Positions 38,179 to 52,693 of a DNA stretch of 64,000 bases are shown here, one piece after another. Where the stretch lies: NCBI GenBank assembly GCA_040954595.2, contig CM082597.2:912886-976885 (forward strand), written 5' to 3'. This DNA is from Balanoglossus misakiensis. Lineage: Eukaryota > Animalia > Hemichordata. Positions within the stretch are counted from its first letter, which is position 1. Every line of letters begins with the position of its first letter. The position numbers and the translations under genes were made by a program. The notes beneath the pieces are model-generated. The model was not told the origin of the DNA, made no database searches, and was given only the letters and a program-made list of their open reading frames with translations.

Positions 38179-41100
38179 AAGTTGTGATCTGACAATGTTT
38201 ATTTTCCAGTATGACGTCATCAGTGTTTTTGTTTACAATTCCTTGTTTACTCTCCAATTAACATACAAACAGTGCACGGGGAACCCTCACTGCCATTATA
38301 CACGCGTGTTTGAACTTTGCCGACGACTGTTGGCACACCTTACTTCGCTTAATCCCTTTCCTTGCGAGACGCTATTCAGTCTCGTTGCCGACCTTCGACG
38401 CGTCAACATGTATAGCCCACCGTGTCCCGGACAGGTGCAGAACTAGAGTTTTGTCTAACAAGGTACGTGCTTTCTCTCTTTTAATTTGTCTGCCTAACTG
38501 TCACAAATTAGCGCGTCTTTATCACCGATATTTGGACATTATTTGTGGAAGACACTCTAATTATGGCAGTGGGATCGATTTATCAGGAAATTTTGGCCAG
38601 TTTCGGTATTTCGCCGTGTGACTGGTCTACGTGAGGTCTACACTCGCAAGTGTATCATGTGGGTCAAAGTACTCTCATGCGTTTTGCCACACTTCTTCGA
38701 CAACCCTAAAACCCTAAACGACAAATTCTTGCACCGATAGCTGGCGACACGTTTAACCAAAAAATAAGACTACACCCTGGCAGGACAAAAGTTACGTTTT
38801 ACACAGGCAATGTATATTTTAGCCAGGGGTCGTCTGTTTAACTTCTTTTATCGACACTTCTCTGGGTATTGTCTCCGTGTAAATATTCAATATACCATAG
38901 GCATAGTGTTCGCTAACCCCGTCTCTTTTCAACGTTCCAATTGACTATTTACCAGCAAACAACGGTGTTTGCTCAGACTTTGTACGGTGGTCCGTTTGCC
39001 AAGCACTCGGCTGTGAGAAGACAACCCGATTAGTCGGTTTGCTTGGGTTTTGTGGATGATTCCCCGAGTAGCTGTTACTGACATCTCACGCTTGTAGCCG
39101 AGAAATTGTGTTGAATTAATAAATTGAGCGAAATAATCCACTGTCTGCCACAAACGATTGAATCAGCTACTATGATATGTCTCTGTCGCGGATTCTAACA
39201 AAGCTCGCCGACTCATTAAACCTAGTAATACCAGACCAATGATATCTATAACATAGTATAAGGTTTTAACCTGAATTATTTACAAGAAGATTCGAGTCTT
39301 TCTGTCTCCTGTTAAACAGATTTGTTGTTGTCTAAAAATCGATCCGACTTAGATCGATTCACCTGTGATGGACAGCGTGTAGGAACCCGTTACGTATGGT
39401 CCAATCACCACCAATACAGCATTCTCAATCTAAAGTAAATGTATTGGCAGGTTACGTAACGTCTCTCCCCAAGGAGCGCAATTACGACGGATAAATAGGC
39501 AGACTTACAGACCTTTTCTATAGCACTGGCCCTTAATTTCCAATTCAGGGCGGCAATTTCTAGCTTCCAGACATTCCTTTTTTCTGTTGCGTCGTTTTAA
39601 ATGACTTGAAATGACTGTACTTGACAAAAAGCACTGGCAGGCCACACTTGGATCGAATAAACGACAGTGACAGGGGCGTGTTGCAAATTATTGCCGCTAC
39701 TTTTCATGTTTTGAAAACAAGCATCATCGTTGAGGTGGGTTTATTCACACATACAAAACTGACGGTGTGTCTAAAATTCCAGTAATTTCCAAGTTGAATT
39801 TTGGTACCGTACCGTGTGACTTCATTTTCTGGCATTCTAGATTGTTTTGTTTTCTTGTTGTTGATTACTTTTTGCGCCATCAATCCGCCAACTAATCAGC
39901 TCTTGACAGCGATATTTTCTATTTTCTAAGGACAATAGTGCGCGATGTCCTGACAGAAGTTTTGCAAGTGTGTCCACGTACATGTGAACCTCGGGTACTC
40001 ACAATTGGCCGAAGGTGACGACGCATGCAAACGTGGAATTTTAAAAGAAGCGTGCAAAGTCGATAACTTAATCGTGTAATCACTATACACGTATCATAGT
40101 TTCAAGTATAGCACCATCGATATTTTACTGTTGGCATCTTTTCATTGTTCTTTTCTTGCCGTGACGTTTAAAACAATTAAATGAAATAAGGATTACTGTG
40201 AACCACACAAAGGTGGTGAAGTCTCAGTGACCGAATCAATTTAGATCATTCCCTTCATAAATATTTAAAATGGTTCCCTCGAAAGGGTCTTAACGAGCAA
40301 AGATAAATAGCGATTGAGATTTTTGTCTGTGGTGAATTAAGTTGGTCTGCCACGTCTTCACTGTTCACGTTAGTTTTGATAAAATGCCAACAACTAAGAC
40401 AAAACAACTGAACAAACAACTGAACAGAGGTGAAGAAATATCATTTGGAATACAACAGAAAACAACGCAATAAAACGTGAAGTGGTCCTGCGTGGAACAA
40501 ACACCGCGGTCAGCAGCTCAGTGACGCCTGTGAACACTAGCGTTCAGCGCCGTGAATGAGTTGCGGGCAGGGACACAGGAAGCATGCTTTAGTGGCGGGG
40601 TGGTTAAACCCTGTTTACAAGAGGCTCTATAACGGGGCACAGTGCAGTGGGCGGCGTTAACCTGTCGACATTCTTGATCCTCTTGCAATCACTCTGCGTC
40701 ACAAACCCTACGTCACTCTTACGTACGGGGCATTTTCGTACCCGCTTGTCAGTCAACAACACGAAGGCTAAGCCCATGACTATAGGTTTCTGGCAAACAG
40801 CAAAATCCACGTCTTCCGTTTCCCCGTTTTTGATTTTCAGAGAAATACAATCAGATATATGCGAGTGACGTTGTTTAGGACACTGCATGACTGCAGACAG
40901 TATTTAGAAGTACACATTCTCGAAGGTGACATACCGCACTTTTGAATACAACAGGGATCAAACCTTCATATTGTCCATGGATCTTAATAAGATCCTCACC
41001 AAAAGTTTTAAATCTAATCTTACTGTTCGCGTCTATGAACACATAGATAATCTTGCTGTTCAGGTGGAGTAGAAGTACGTAGGATTTGCACACACCCATA

Positions 41101-44100
41101 ACGATTCATGGCCAGATAATTGGCGAGGTGTACCGCTATCATAAAATCTGTCACCCTCGTTTCATTCTGAGCCCGACAGAAGAATACAACTATTGTGTCT
41201 GGTGTTTACGCGCATACGAAGTCTGATACCCGAGTCTAATTGGATTTTATGGACTTATAAAAGTCGCACCATAACGCGTCTCCACAATACAAACTGCAGT
41301 TGTACATTCGCGGTGTGAAAGCGTGTGTAGAATGTTTGATTATCTTCTTGTAACATGTTTTACTATACATTTAATCTATCTACGTATCAGCTACATACCT
41401 GTCTGTCTGTCTGACTGTCAATGTTAAGTCATAGACCCTCTACTGTCTATGGTTTAGTCTTCTCTGAATAGGCTTATATCTGGATATACATATAGATTTC
41501 AGTCTATCCCGTATTAACTATTAAACAGAACCAAGGTGTGAAAATGGCATATTGTTGGGAAGATTAAACAGGAAATAAGCTAATCCATTGGATTAAACGA
41601 TTAAAACGAGAACAGAAAAGAAGGAACCAGAAATTTTGAATTATAAAAACACAAGATAGTACTGACTTAGTTTGCTATGTGATTAATACATATTGCTCAT
41701 GTTAAATTTTGGTGTCAAGGGCAAATTAAATCTGTTAAAGAAATGTTCCGTTATTTTTTGCGGTTTGTATTTAATCTTTAGATCGGTATGGCATCGACGC
41801 ACAAGTTAAGGTTGACCTGCGCATATTCTCAGGATTGGCAGGTCACGACAGGTCAACAAGACTTGTACACAAACGTTAGGGTTCGGTCGATTAGTATCAC
41901 TGGTTCTACGAAGCAACAGGATAGTGCCCGCTATTTAGCTAAATGCCCGGATACGGTCGCCAAGGACGCTCTCGCTGCTCGGGCAACCGCGTATCGCGCG
42001 GTCAGGTGGTACTTGAGGGCCGCTTAGTTGTGATTTGGCCATAATCGTAAACACAAGTGGTAAATATGTTTGACTGGAGCGGTCCACTTTTTCTGGGTTG
42101 AGTTCATCGCGTAATTTAACTTGAAAAATATTTCAACTGCATTTTTTCATCGATACGGAGAACGATTGTCGGCTCTGTAAGTTGTATTGGGTTGTTGTTT
42201 GACCTTCCTGGACACAAATAGGCATAAAAAGACGCCTATAGTCTATTCTATTAGAATGTTTCTGAAGAAAAGCCGTTTGGTGATCTTGCTTCAATCACCA
42301 AACAGTGAATAGTGACCCCTATTGAGACAAATGTGGTCACATATATTTTGAAAAATCCATGCTAAATATTTTTCGTCGAAGTCGTTACAAAATGTACGCA
42401 AGTTATGCGGGCCGATATGCAAAGAAGGTTTGTCTCTGCATGCAATGACGTCAAACTATAGGTGTGCGCATATTCTCGATAATTGGACAATTGTTCCGTA
42501 ATAATGGCTGTTTTCAGAAATCCTCGACAGCTGACAGTACAACTAGGTGCGTTTAGAGGAAATGTGGCCTCGGCGTGACTCGCAGGCATTATAATCAGTG
42601 ATCTTATCACAGCATAAAGCGTTGATCTCTAAATACAAATGCCGAGACCCATGAATTTTCTTACCACGCTATGAATCCCATTACACGTAAACTGAACAAA
42701 CAAGGTGGATGCCATAAACAAACAGCAATAACTGTTTAGATCTTATGCGGTTGTTCTTATAACTTCGACACCGGTAGCTGGCTCGCCATTTCTCTGATTA
42801 GACTGTACAATTACCAAGGACAAGTTGCCCGGCCAATTTACAATCGATTTTACCACTGAAATTTACCTATGCTGTGGGCCTTGAGAGACTTGGTGAGTTT
42901 GTTTATGTTATTTTCACGCGGGCGTCGACAGACGTTGTCTGCACTGGTTGTAGTTTGCCGTATTTTAATCGGGATCGAAGTTCAGATCGGGCGGGGTGAT
43001 CTGTTGAACCGTTTTCACATTAGCGTAAATCCCATAAGATCTTTTCTCGAGGATACGACTACTTTATGGTGGATTTACTGATATTACAAAAGCGTGAACA
43101 TTGATATCCCGGTTTTGTTTGTCTTTTGTGTTTCGGCTGTTGGTATCTTTTGATAATCGACGGCGATGTTTGCAAGTTGCTATACACAAGGCGGTAACTG
43201 TTTCTCTCTGGAAATCATTGACCAATTGCAAACGTGTCCATGCATTCTGAAACACGGCGTTGCACCTATTTGGTTGAACAGATTTTTCAAATCTGAAAGC
43301 TTTTGATCTGTCGTCTGGGTGACAATGGATAGTGTTGAATTTAAAATCTTGACCACTTTGACGGAATGCCATGCGACCACCTGTTGGGACACATGATCGG
43401 AACGCGTCGTTCCGATCTTCACAATCGTCCCGGGTGACGAACTCAGCGCCCCCGGCGGTCGACGCTGACACGCACGCACAGAGTCACCCAAAGGTGAAAG
43501 AATTGACACCGAATTCTTGAACGCTGTTCTGACTTCCCGGTAATACGTGCTTCTGGTAAGTGCCTTCAAACGCTCGCAAATTATTCGACCACTTGAATTC
43601 GAAGCTGCTCTACATCGGGGTTGCAGGCACTCAATCTGAGCGATGTGTAGAATTTTTGGAGTGTCCTGTATCTGATCTCGACCCGTCAACGTCACGCATG
43701 CCAACTTGCCTTATTCGTTGTTGCTCAGGTGTGTCGAGATAGGTGTTTAAACAGTAGACCTCGTTAAAATTAATCGCCCACAGTGACCTGGCATCAGATG
43801 GCGTCCAAGCGAGCGTGTCAGAGACCCGCGGACATTATCGTTGAGTTGTGAATGAACCTTTATTGGCTGTTGCCGTTTTTGCGGGGAGTGTGAAATACAG
43901 AAGTTCTCAACGTGGTCAGTTGAACACGTTTGTGTCCAGTAACTCAGTCGGACATGTTTTTCTAGTCCGTTTATGATTTGGGGTCGGAGGTCTGTTGTAC
44001 CCGCTCCTCGAAGTAACTCCACGGGTGAAGGGAACGAATTCGACGTCTTCACCACGCTTGTGGAGTAAGGGTATACCAACCACGCTGGGAAGTAACTTAA

Positions 44101-47100
44101 ACGAAGCTGCATTTACTGAGATCTGTCGTAAGAAATTCTTCCACCCGAGAGAGGAGACCAGACCAGACATACAGTTACCAGGGCAACACGTCTTATCTGG
44201 AGATCAGATAACGTGATTTGATTGAAACTCTTGAAACAAGAGACAAGTAGCTAGCAAGATAGCGACCACGTTGGCGTACTTGTACACACAGTAGGCCGCG
44301 GACAGACGTACAGCGACACACAAGGTATTTATTCAAACCTGTGTCAAAAATTATAAGCTGCAGCAAGGTCGTTCCTGTGAACATGATCATATCATGTGCT
44401 GCATATTTCTATTCAGAGTCATAAATACATTTGAAGACAGGCCTTATCAATTATCTAATTGACATGTGCGCATATCTCTCGGTGTGTTGGTAGACATGGG
44501 TAGCGTTTGGGTTTACTGGACTCATATCTTTCTTGGTTTGTAAGTAAACCGCCAGGGTATTTCAGAATACCATTGAACGCGAACGTTGACTACACCACGG
44601 CCATGACAAAGGTCACACACGGCCTCGATCACCCCTGAACCGATTATTTGCTTTCAAAGAGGCACCACTGCCTCCCGCTTTGGTATTATGCGTGTCTTAC
44701 GCTTGTCTTTCAATAGTAATGGCATGTTTTGTCGATGTCAGTGCGTTGTTATAGCCCCCCAATCACACAACAGAAGTCAACGCGAAGTTGACAGAACCGA
44801 CCTATTTGTCATCAAAACATTCACCTTGGTTTGTTAACCGTTGATATATTTTGACTACATACGTTGACTTTGCCATTTTCACTGACCAAATACTGTGTAT
44901 GCATAGGGCCTCTTCGTTTGAAACAGAGTGAAGTCTATAATGGAATATGCCAATGGTTCGTTTGCTTTCTGGCGACAACTATAAAGTTGCCGGCAATCTG
45001 ACTTCTCCCACCGAGAAAAAAAACTGAATGGAGAACTATCATATACAAGCATGTACTATAGTACACAGGACAGAAAGAGACAGACATATATCTACAGCCT
45101 AGCAGAAACCACTTGGAATGTACAAAAGTTCCCAGGCCAATTTACCTGTGAACCAGAAGAAGCCTTATCGGTAGCAAACACCACAGAGCGGTGCATTTGC
45201 TTACAACTATGTATCGGTAGCTCTTAATTGTTTAAAGTGATAAACATACGAAAGCCAGAGGTTAAGTTGGATCAATTCAACTAGCACTAAATACAAGATA
45301 TAGGAAAAAGGGGAAGGTATACAGCGCCATCAGCGACATAGAGTTATTCACTGGTCATCATGACAATAGTTTCGACAACAGTTAGAGGCAATGCCAACAG
45401 ATATCGGTACGATTTGGTGTCAACAGAAGAATGGTTTTGGTATATGTATACATTACTCAGTATTTACGTAAATATCAAGTAAAAAATCAACATTATTAGA
45501 CGAATTCCAGCCTCGCTTTAATAAGATCGTGAGCAACCGTCAACTGACGAATACGAAATGACTGATATGTGTGTGTCAGTGGTTACGCAACTTCCTTGGT
45601 GGAAGTTCTCGAGCGCGTGCTGGCATCGCCCGGCAACAGTTGAATTCTTTTAATGGCGTTCCATGGCTGAATGGAAAAAGAGTTGGATGTATTTCAAACT
45701 TTTCCAATCATCACAGGAAACAGACTCTCGACCTTGCCTCAATGAAAGTCTTTAGAAGTTCACAGAGAACGTTTGGACAGGGCATACCTGACGTAAAACT
45801 GCTAGGTCAGATTCTGTCCCCGCGTTTTCTGACCCGGCCAGTGACAAAACACACAAAGGCGCATCTGAACTAAACATCGCTAATCCATCGTAGCACTTGA
45901 GTGGTCCATTGATCGATTCGCTTCAAATATTTGATCTGGCAAAAGCCAATCCGATTGAAACACCGGATATAAAAAAGTTCAAGTGAAGGTTGTAAACAAA
46001 GCGAAAACCACTGCGGCACTGAACATAGCCCACCTGAGACGGTATCGATCGTTTTTTGCCACTGACTTGGAAATCTTGTGATATGCCAGATCCTCACGGA
46101 ATCAACAATCTGTGACGTAGGAGCTCTCGTTGAAAGCGTAAAATGATTTGTTTGCGCTAAGAGGTGAAACGCTTTCCTCGAAGTCACGGCCACGGTTTAT
46201 TTGACGTTCTCCACATAACTGTACGCGGTGGTTTGTTTGTAGTTCGGCACAGATAGCGGTTTCTCGTAAAAACTGCCAGGCTTTGACATTTTAAAAGTAC
46301 TTGTATGTGTATATATAGGTCACCCACGATTCAGGCATTAACTACAGGTGCCAATTTCAACAATATACTGCTTATTACCAGGACAGAAAAACTAACAAAT
46401 TTAAAGCCCTTGCTTGCCAACAGCGCATCGATTTATCTTGTGGGTGTAATTATGATTGACAGGTGATCTTGTTGTTGTGACAATGGTTTACAATCACCCA
46501 AAAACAAAATTTAGACTCATAGGACCCCATAACAGTTTCGAAGACCGTGACATTGCGAGTCACCTAGGTCACCTAGTCACTCAAGAGGGCACCCCCACCA
46601 ACGCAGACGTGTCGTTGCCCGGCGCGGTCAAGGAGGCGATAAAATTTCCACCGCACTTGTCGAAATTTTGGAACGCGCATCCCGTTGTTGGGCACAATAT
46701 GACAACATCTGTCGGCGGTGAACTTATTTGCCAATAAAAGCGACTATCGTTCAAGCCGAGAGTCAATAAGCTGACTGACATTTAAGACAATAGATATTGA
46801 AAACTTATGTTGTGTTTACCTTTGAACTTCTTATGGTTGCGCAGAATGATGTCCGGATCCAGCAATCTCGTCAGCTTGGAACAACTTTTAAATCCAGCTT
46901 CACAATGCTTTGATAACACGATGGTAGCCTGAGAATACAAGAAAGCAAGCAATTTAATTAAGAGACTTCTCAATCAGAAAAACCAACAAACTTATCATTT
47001 TAATTTGATTCGGTTATCAACAAACCTATCGTTTTAATTTGGTTATCTTATAATGGACTTTTATGTATCATTATGATAATCTTCAGGTGTGTTTTATGTA

Positions 47101-48646
47101 AGAAGTCGATGCATGGAAGGGTGTTCAGATCAAACGTAAACTTAGTAATGTAATGAAACTAAACGCTATTGTTTCTGAACTTCTGTCTTACAATAATCTG
47201 ACGAGGATCGATTCGTCGACATTCCAGTCGGCGAATTCCCGATCTCTAATGGTTGACTTATCATATCTTATATAACAGGTGTATTACGTCACACAAGGAT
47301 GATGTGTGTCAGACAATCGCGACTCGGTGAGCCTGGGCGGCCAATCGTCAAGTCGCTTACAGCACCGACCAGAAAGGAGAGAGAGACAGATCACAGATGC
47401 AGTGACATTCCGCCAGATATCTTGCGTGCATTGGACGCCGAGGTAGCCATGTTGACTTCTCAAATGTAAGTGGTGCATCTTTTGTCTGGTCTACACGTAT
47501 TTTGCGATCGCCTTCCGAGAAGTACTGGGTGCGAAAAGCGTATAATTACGGCGCAGCGGGGAGCTATGAAGGCCAATAGAGTCCCAGTGCTTTGAATAGC
47601 ATATCGATTTGCATGCTTGAATAGAATTACTAAAATTTGTGTCATATTTGTTGATATAACGAGAAAAGTGGCCTTTAATTAAATTGTTCCCGGTTTCAAA
47701 CTCAAGCACAGGGTCATTTTCGAAACTTGAAGTTGAGCAACGGTGTGGACAATTTGGATACAATTCGATTGTGTCCGGTGTACAGTTCAATGAAGAAGTG
47801 GCTATCACGGGTCCTGCCTCTAGGGGAGGCTTTTGCCAACAGCCTTCCTTGATTGGGTCTGACAATAGATGTTAGAATTTCTTGTTGCCTAATTTGCTAG
47901 TTTTGACATCATGGTAGTCCACTTTGTGGAGAGCAACTGTGACGGTCTTTATTCCAACGAACTCGGTTCAGCGCCTCGGAAAAGAGACTTCGATTGGCCA
48001 AATTCAATTTGCCGAAGGGTCGTATGGCAAGAATGCATTCCGTGGTTGTTACAGGCAGTGCAAGGAACGGAGATCTTTTTCAGCCTGGCGGGCTTTCCTG
48101 CGCCTTGAAACATTGCATTAAATGGCAGGGAAACTCTTGAATATGTAATGCCAGTAGTAAGGCTCAAGGTTGTAGCAGCAGCAGTTTCATGTAGACATAC
48201 GGACATTTCAGAAATGTGAAGGTTGTACGGGCGAAGGAAATATTTATGACAGACTGCGGTTTGGGCTGTTCTGTTGATTGTGGACATAACGGTAACCTGG
48301 AATTTAGTCCGCTTAGTCCTCTACCAACCCAGAGCCAGGCCAAAAGAATAGACACCAGACTGATATGGCACTTGGTGATCCTTTTTTTTCAACAAAGTGT
48401 GAAGGGAATCGATCCATCTACCTCTTCGATTGTCTCTTTCCGTTAATCCATTTAGGTTTTGTGACACTATTGACACCCTCGCTGTGTCTATTCATGTCCC
48501 TGCGTTGCAAAGTGTCAACTTTTGTGACGGACAGTTGCTTCGCTATCTGTGTGTATACACGTGTATACATGCATGATATTAGTGCCGCGTAACATTCGTG
48601 TACATTCATAATGTTAACAAACTGTCTTTTGTTCTGAATATTACAG

Positions 48647-50135
48647 GGACACTTTCTCTGTCAAATCGCCGACGATATTAACCAGTGGTTTGACACCCAA
48701 TTCTCAAATCTCTGATGGGATGGCGACTCAAGAAAATTCAAACATCTTTCAAAGTCCAAGGGAATCTGGATCACGGATTGATGATATTCTTCGGGAAACA
48801 GATATGTCGGACATAACTGGGCATGCGCGCCATTTTGACATCGACTTGGAAGTGGCTGAAATTACGGGTGCATTTAAACCGAGCGGGTTTCGCCTCGGTA
48901 ACATGGCGGCAAGATTCAAATCAGGTTATCTCATTGAAATAGATGACGGTTTCGACAGGTCGTTACCGTTCCGCCATTTTAGGAATCGCTATGGGAACGC
49001 TGCCTCGCTGGTGAACACGCCCGTTGCTAAGGGATTCTTCCCGATTAAAGACAGTTGTGGGAAACATAGTGACGAAAAGCGGGGAAATGTTACAAGCCCG
49101 TCGATTCTGAAACCAAAAGCCAGGAGGATTCTTTCTCCGTTGCCTGTATCTCTTAAGGACAAAATGGCGGTGGATAAAATTATTGGACGAGCCCAGCCCG
49201 TGGGAACTACGTCACCGCACGGTCACGTGACAGTTGTGCCTTGTCATGGGACTCAGGGAAGCGATCACGACAGTGGTCGTTCATCAGGACAATCTTCGGA
49301 GGAAAAAACTTCCCTCGATGAAGAACCTTACTCAATCAGCGATGGGAAGACTATCTCATCTCCAAAACTTGTGAGAAAACAAACGCGACAGAAAAGAGCC
49401 TCAAAGGGGGCGAGAAAAGAGAATCTCGCGAGATTCTTCAGGTCTTTCAAATTGTCGTCGTCGAGTTCGCAAAGTTCTGACCACAGCAGAACAGACTCCA
49501 TTGATTCGTCTGTATTGTCGGATGTCGATGAAGAAACAGCGCCGCCTGTGGAAGAACCGAATACTGACCATATCCTACCTCAGGAAATCGCCTGTGCAAC
49601 AAACTTTGAAAAACAGGATTCACTAACCTCGACTCCGCCACCAACAAGGGCGAAGAAAGTGACATTTGACCTCTCCGCAACTGTTGAAATGTGCGACGAC
49701 GTGAATTATGAAAGCGATGGATTTTTCTCGGATGATGATGACGATGACTCGAGTTCATGCACCGGAAGTACGTCATCGTATTCATCATGGTCGTCATCAT
49801 GCTCCACTTGTTGTTGTTCATGTTGCTCGTGTTCTTCTTGTTCAACGTGTTACTCAGAAGTGACGGTTACCACACTACAGACAGAGATGGACGACGAAGA
49901 AATCTTCTTCCTGCCCGACGATTTCATCGCAGAAGACGAGGATGCGTTGGCCAATCCGACGATCCGTTACAGCCCACCCAGACTTTACACCAGAGAGCAG
50001 AACTGCGCACTCAACGACATAATGCAGAAAAATGACTGCTTGGCCACAAAAGTTGTACCGCCCCCTAAAGAGGTCACGGTAAAACCTGAAGCACCAACTA
50101 GAAAAACTGTTGTAGTTTCTACTGTTTACCTATAA
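48647..50135 (+). CDS. Uncharacterised, largely disordered Ser/acidic protein (terminal or sole coding exon; first ATG 48720, about 471 aa) with SILK and RVxF motifs and a Cys-rich cluster
   Basis: Acceptor ttacag ends at 48646 and the frame is open from there to TAA 50135. Downstream AATAAA at 50739. No folded domain recognised. Confidence 0.75.
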
Positions 50136-51157
50136 ACGTGCCTTTCGTGTTATTTCAATAATCATTTTGTCCAATTTACAACTTTCACGTTTACATGTCT
50201 GCCATGCAGGCATCTACGTATGTATCTCTTATTATCAGGTCCCGTGTTTCCCCGCTTTATTCCAACTCGGAGATCAAATTCTCAGTAAATGGCGCGTTTA
50301 TTTTGAAGACCAACAGCGTGCGTTTTGCCGAAACAAGGGGAAAATAAAATCAAGAACTGACAAGAGTTATTTCTAATCATGCGTTAGTACTCGACTCCAT
50401 TTCCAACCCTTAAACAATTTACGTCGATCCACTGACCGACTTAACTTGAATTATAAGAAACAATCTTATTAATCTTTAACGCTAGTTTCTTTGTATGTTA
50501 CAGAGAATGTATCTCTGATAATTTGTCATATGTACATACGTAAGTTATATGCACATTAAGTAGATGCAGAGACGTCTAGTGACACTTCATTACTGTTGCT
50601 TTTACTTAATATTTCAAACGTTGTTATTTATTTCGATGTTTATATGTTGTAAATACCATGAAACTTTTTTTCTACACAGAACAAGATTATATAAATTTGA
50701 TTTTTATAATGAGTACGTCTACTGGACGTTATGTAATGAATAAAATTGATAATATAAGATAATATAACAATTTGTGTTTTATTTTGTTTGTTTACGCATT
50801 CATTGACGGCTGATTAAAATAACACAATATGCACAGAAAACTCAAAATTCGTGCATGAGTTACACAAAGAAGTCTGAAGACTTTTTTTCCTCTGTGGACC
50901 TAACATTGTTACATTTATATTTAAGTCGTTACCGATTGAAACATACTAGTACATGTAACAGACAAGCCGTAGTTGTCCTGGCGCCCTCTTTTGGCAGAAA
51001 ACGTCTTAAAGGTGTTTACGCAATACCACTTTAGCACATACAGCAAAGTTAATTCTAGAACACCAACTATCTTCTGAGTCTGACCCGTCTGAGTCCAATA
51101 ATCAAAATTACCATTCAAGGTTTCTGTTCACTGAAGTTGTCAGTATAACTAGTGATA

Positions 51158-52058
51158 TCAGTTTGTTCCATCTGGTTTGTTTTTCCGTACACTGTAACCC
51201 CTGTACGAAGACTGGATCTTTGTCGCTGCTTCCTTTTCCTTTGAGACCTGGTTTCGAATTTTGAATCCACGAAAAGATGCTTGAATCCTCGTCGCCGCTT
51301 CTGATTGGTCTTGCTTGGTTCGCCTCGTTTTGAATCCCCTATATCCAGCCTGGATTGTGGTTGCTGCCTTGGATTGGTGTTTCAAGTGTTGTCTGCTCAT
51401 CATGCCTCGATATCCCGCTTGGATTTTCGCTGCAGCTGTGTTTTCTTTAGACTTGTCAGCACTCTCGGAGCTCAATGCGTGGTGCTCTCTTGTTTGGTAG
51501 CCGCGATGCCCAGCTTGGGTTTTATTCACCGCGGTGTCTTCTTTCATATTTGCTTCAAGTTTCATTTTCGATTCTCTCCTCACAAGCATTCCACGGTAAC
51601 CTGCTTGTATTTTGGCTGCCGCCTTCTGTGCGTCATAATAGTCAATCTCCTCTCCCGTAAAAGTAGATTCGGAATCAACTGTTTCTGACGACAATCCGCT
51701 GGAACTGATCATGCGCATTTCCTCTAGGTGGCGCTCATCATCCGAAGATTGTCTGTAGAGTATAACATCCCCTTCCGGGTCAGTTGCACCCGTAACGACT
51801 GAATCAGTTCCTAAAAAGCGATCGTCTTCTAACTTCTGGTCTTCAGTGTCGGAACTATCTGAAGAATATTCCGAGTATTTTTGATAGTTGCGAGATTTCT
51901 TCGGACGCTGACGTTGTTGTCTGTTAGCGAGTGGTGTTCGGGGTCCCAATTCGGCCATTTCTAATTCACTATAATCCACCAGAGATCCCTCGCTCGATAT
52001 ACTGACAATATCGGTCGAATATCGTTCGTAACGAATGCCTTTCGGTCGCTTTGGCGTA
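51158..52058 (-). CDS. SPA17-like RIIa/IQ protein, terminal exon (6 IQ motifs, one degenerate)
   Basis: Acceptor ttttatattgccag. Phase-2 join is in frame with track ORF 51158-51979. Repeated AA.KIQA.YRG...R motifs. Confidence 0.85.
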
Positions 52059-52204
52059 CTGGCAATATAAAATCAGGCAGAGAACTCGAGTTTGTACCAG
52101 AACGTAAAGGTTTGACACCGAAAATACCAGCGTGCAAATAAGCTAAAGTTGCCAAAAGCCAACAGCGACTAGGTATAGGCATGGTCACTTATAGAGGAAC
52201 CGTG

Positions 52205-52605
52205 GTGTAGGTAGGTATGCAGGAAGACAGGCAGGCTGGTAGACAGACAGGCAGACATACAGGCAGGCAGGTAGGTAGGAAGGCAGATGGTCAGGCAGAT
52301 GGTCGATCGGGCGGACAGGCAGGCATGCAGGCATGTAGGTAGGTAGCTAGGTAGGAAGGCAGATAGTCGGTCGGGCGGACAGGCAGGCGTGTAGGTAGGC
52401 AGGTAGACAGACAGACTGACAGGCAGGCAGGCAGGTACTAGCTAGGTAGCTAGGAAGGCAGATGGTCGGGCCAGCGGTTGGGCAGGCAGGTAGGCAGGCA
52501 GGTAGGTATGTAGGTAGGTAGGAAGACAGATGGTCGGGCGGGCAGGCAGGCATGTAGATAGGCGGGCAGGCACACACGCGGGCAGGCAGGTAGGTTGGCA
52601 GGCAT
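52205..52605. repeat. Intronic compound (GGCA/GGTA/GACA)n microsatellite with a recurring AGGAAGGCAGATGGTCGG unit
   Basis: Directly visible. The longer unit recurs near 52277, 52353, 52453 and 52520. Confidence 0.9.
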
Positions 52606-52693
52606 GTATTATATACCAGACATTACATAATACATGTATATACTACTTAAACATTTACTATGTGTCTGCGTAATCAAATTAATCTTTTCTTAC

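Noticed and set aside
43064-44216. Cluster of 60-174 aa ORFs in a slightly GC-richer patch
   Set aside because: Frames do not join and I recognise no domain or transposase/RT motif. A tBLASTx or Dfam search would be needed.
47284-48355. Minus-strand ORFs of 112 and 124 aa
   Set aside because: Different frames, no splice support and no homology recognised; antisense to the presumed intron of the orphan gene.
52347-52577. Pro/Ala/Cys-rich ORF
   Set aside because: Translation of the intronic microsatellite.
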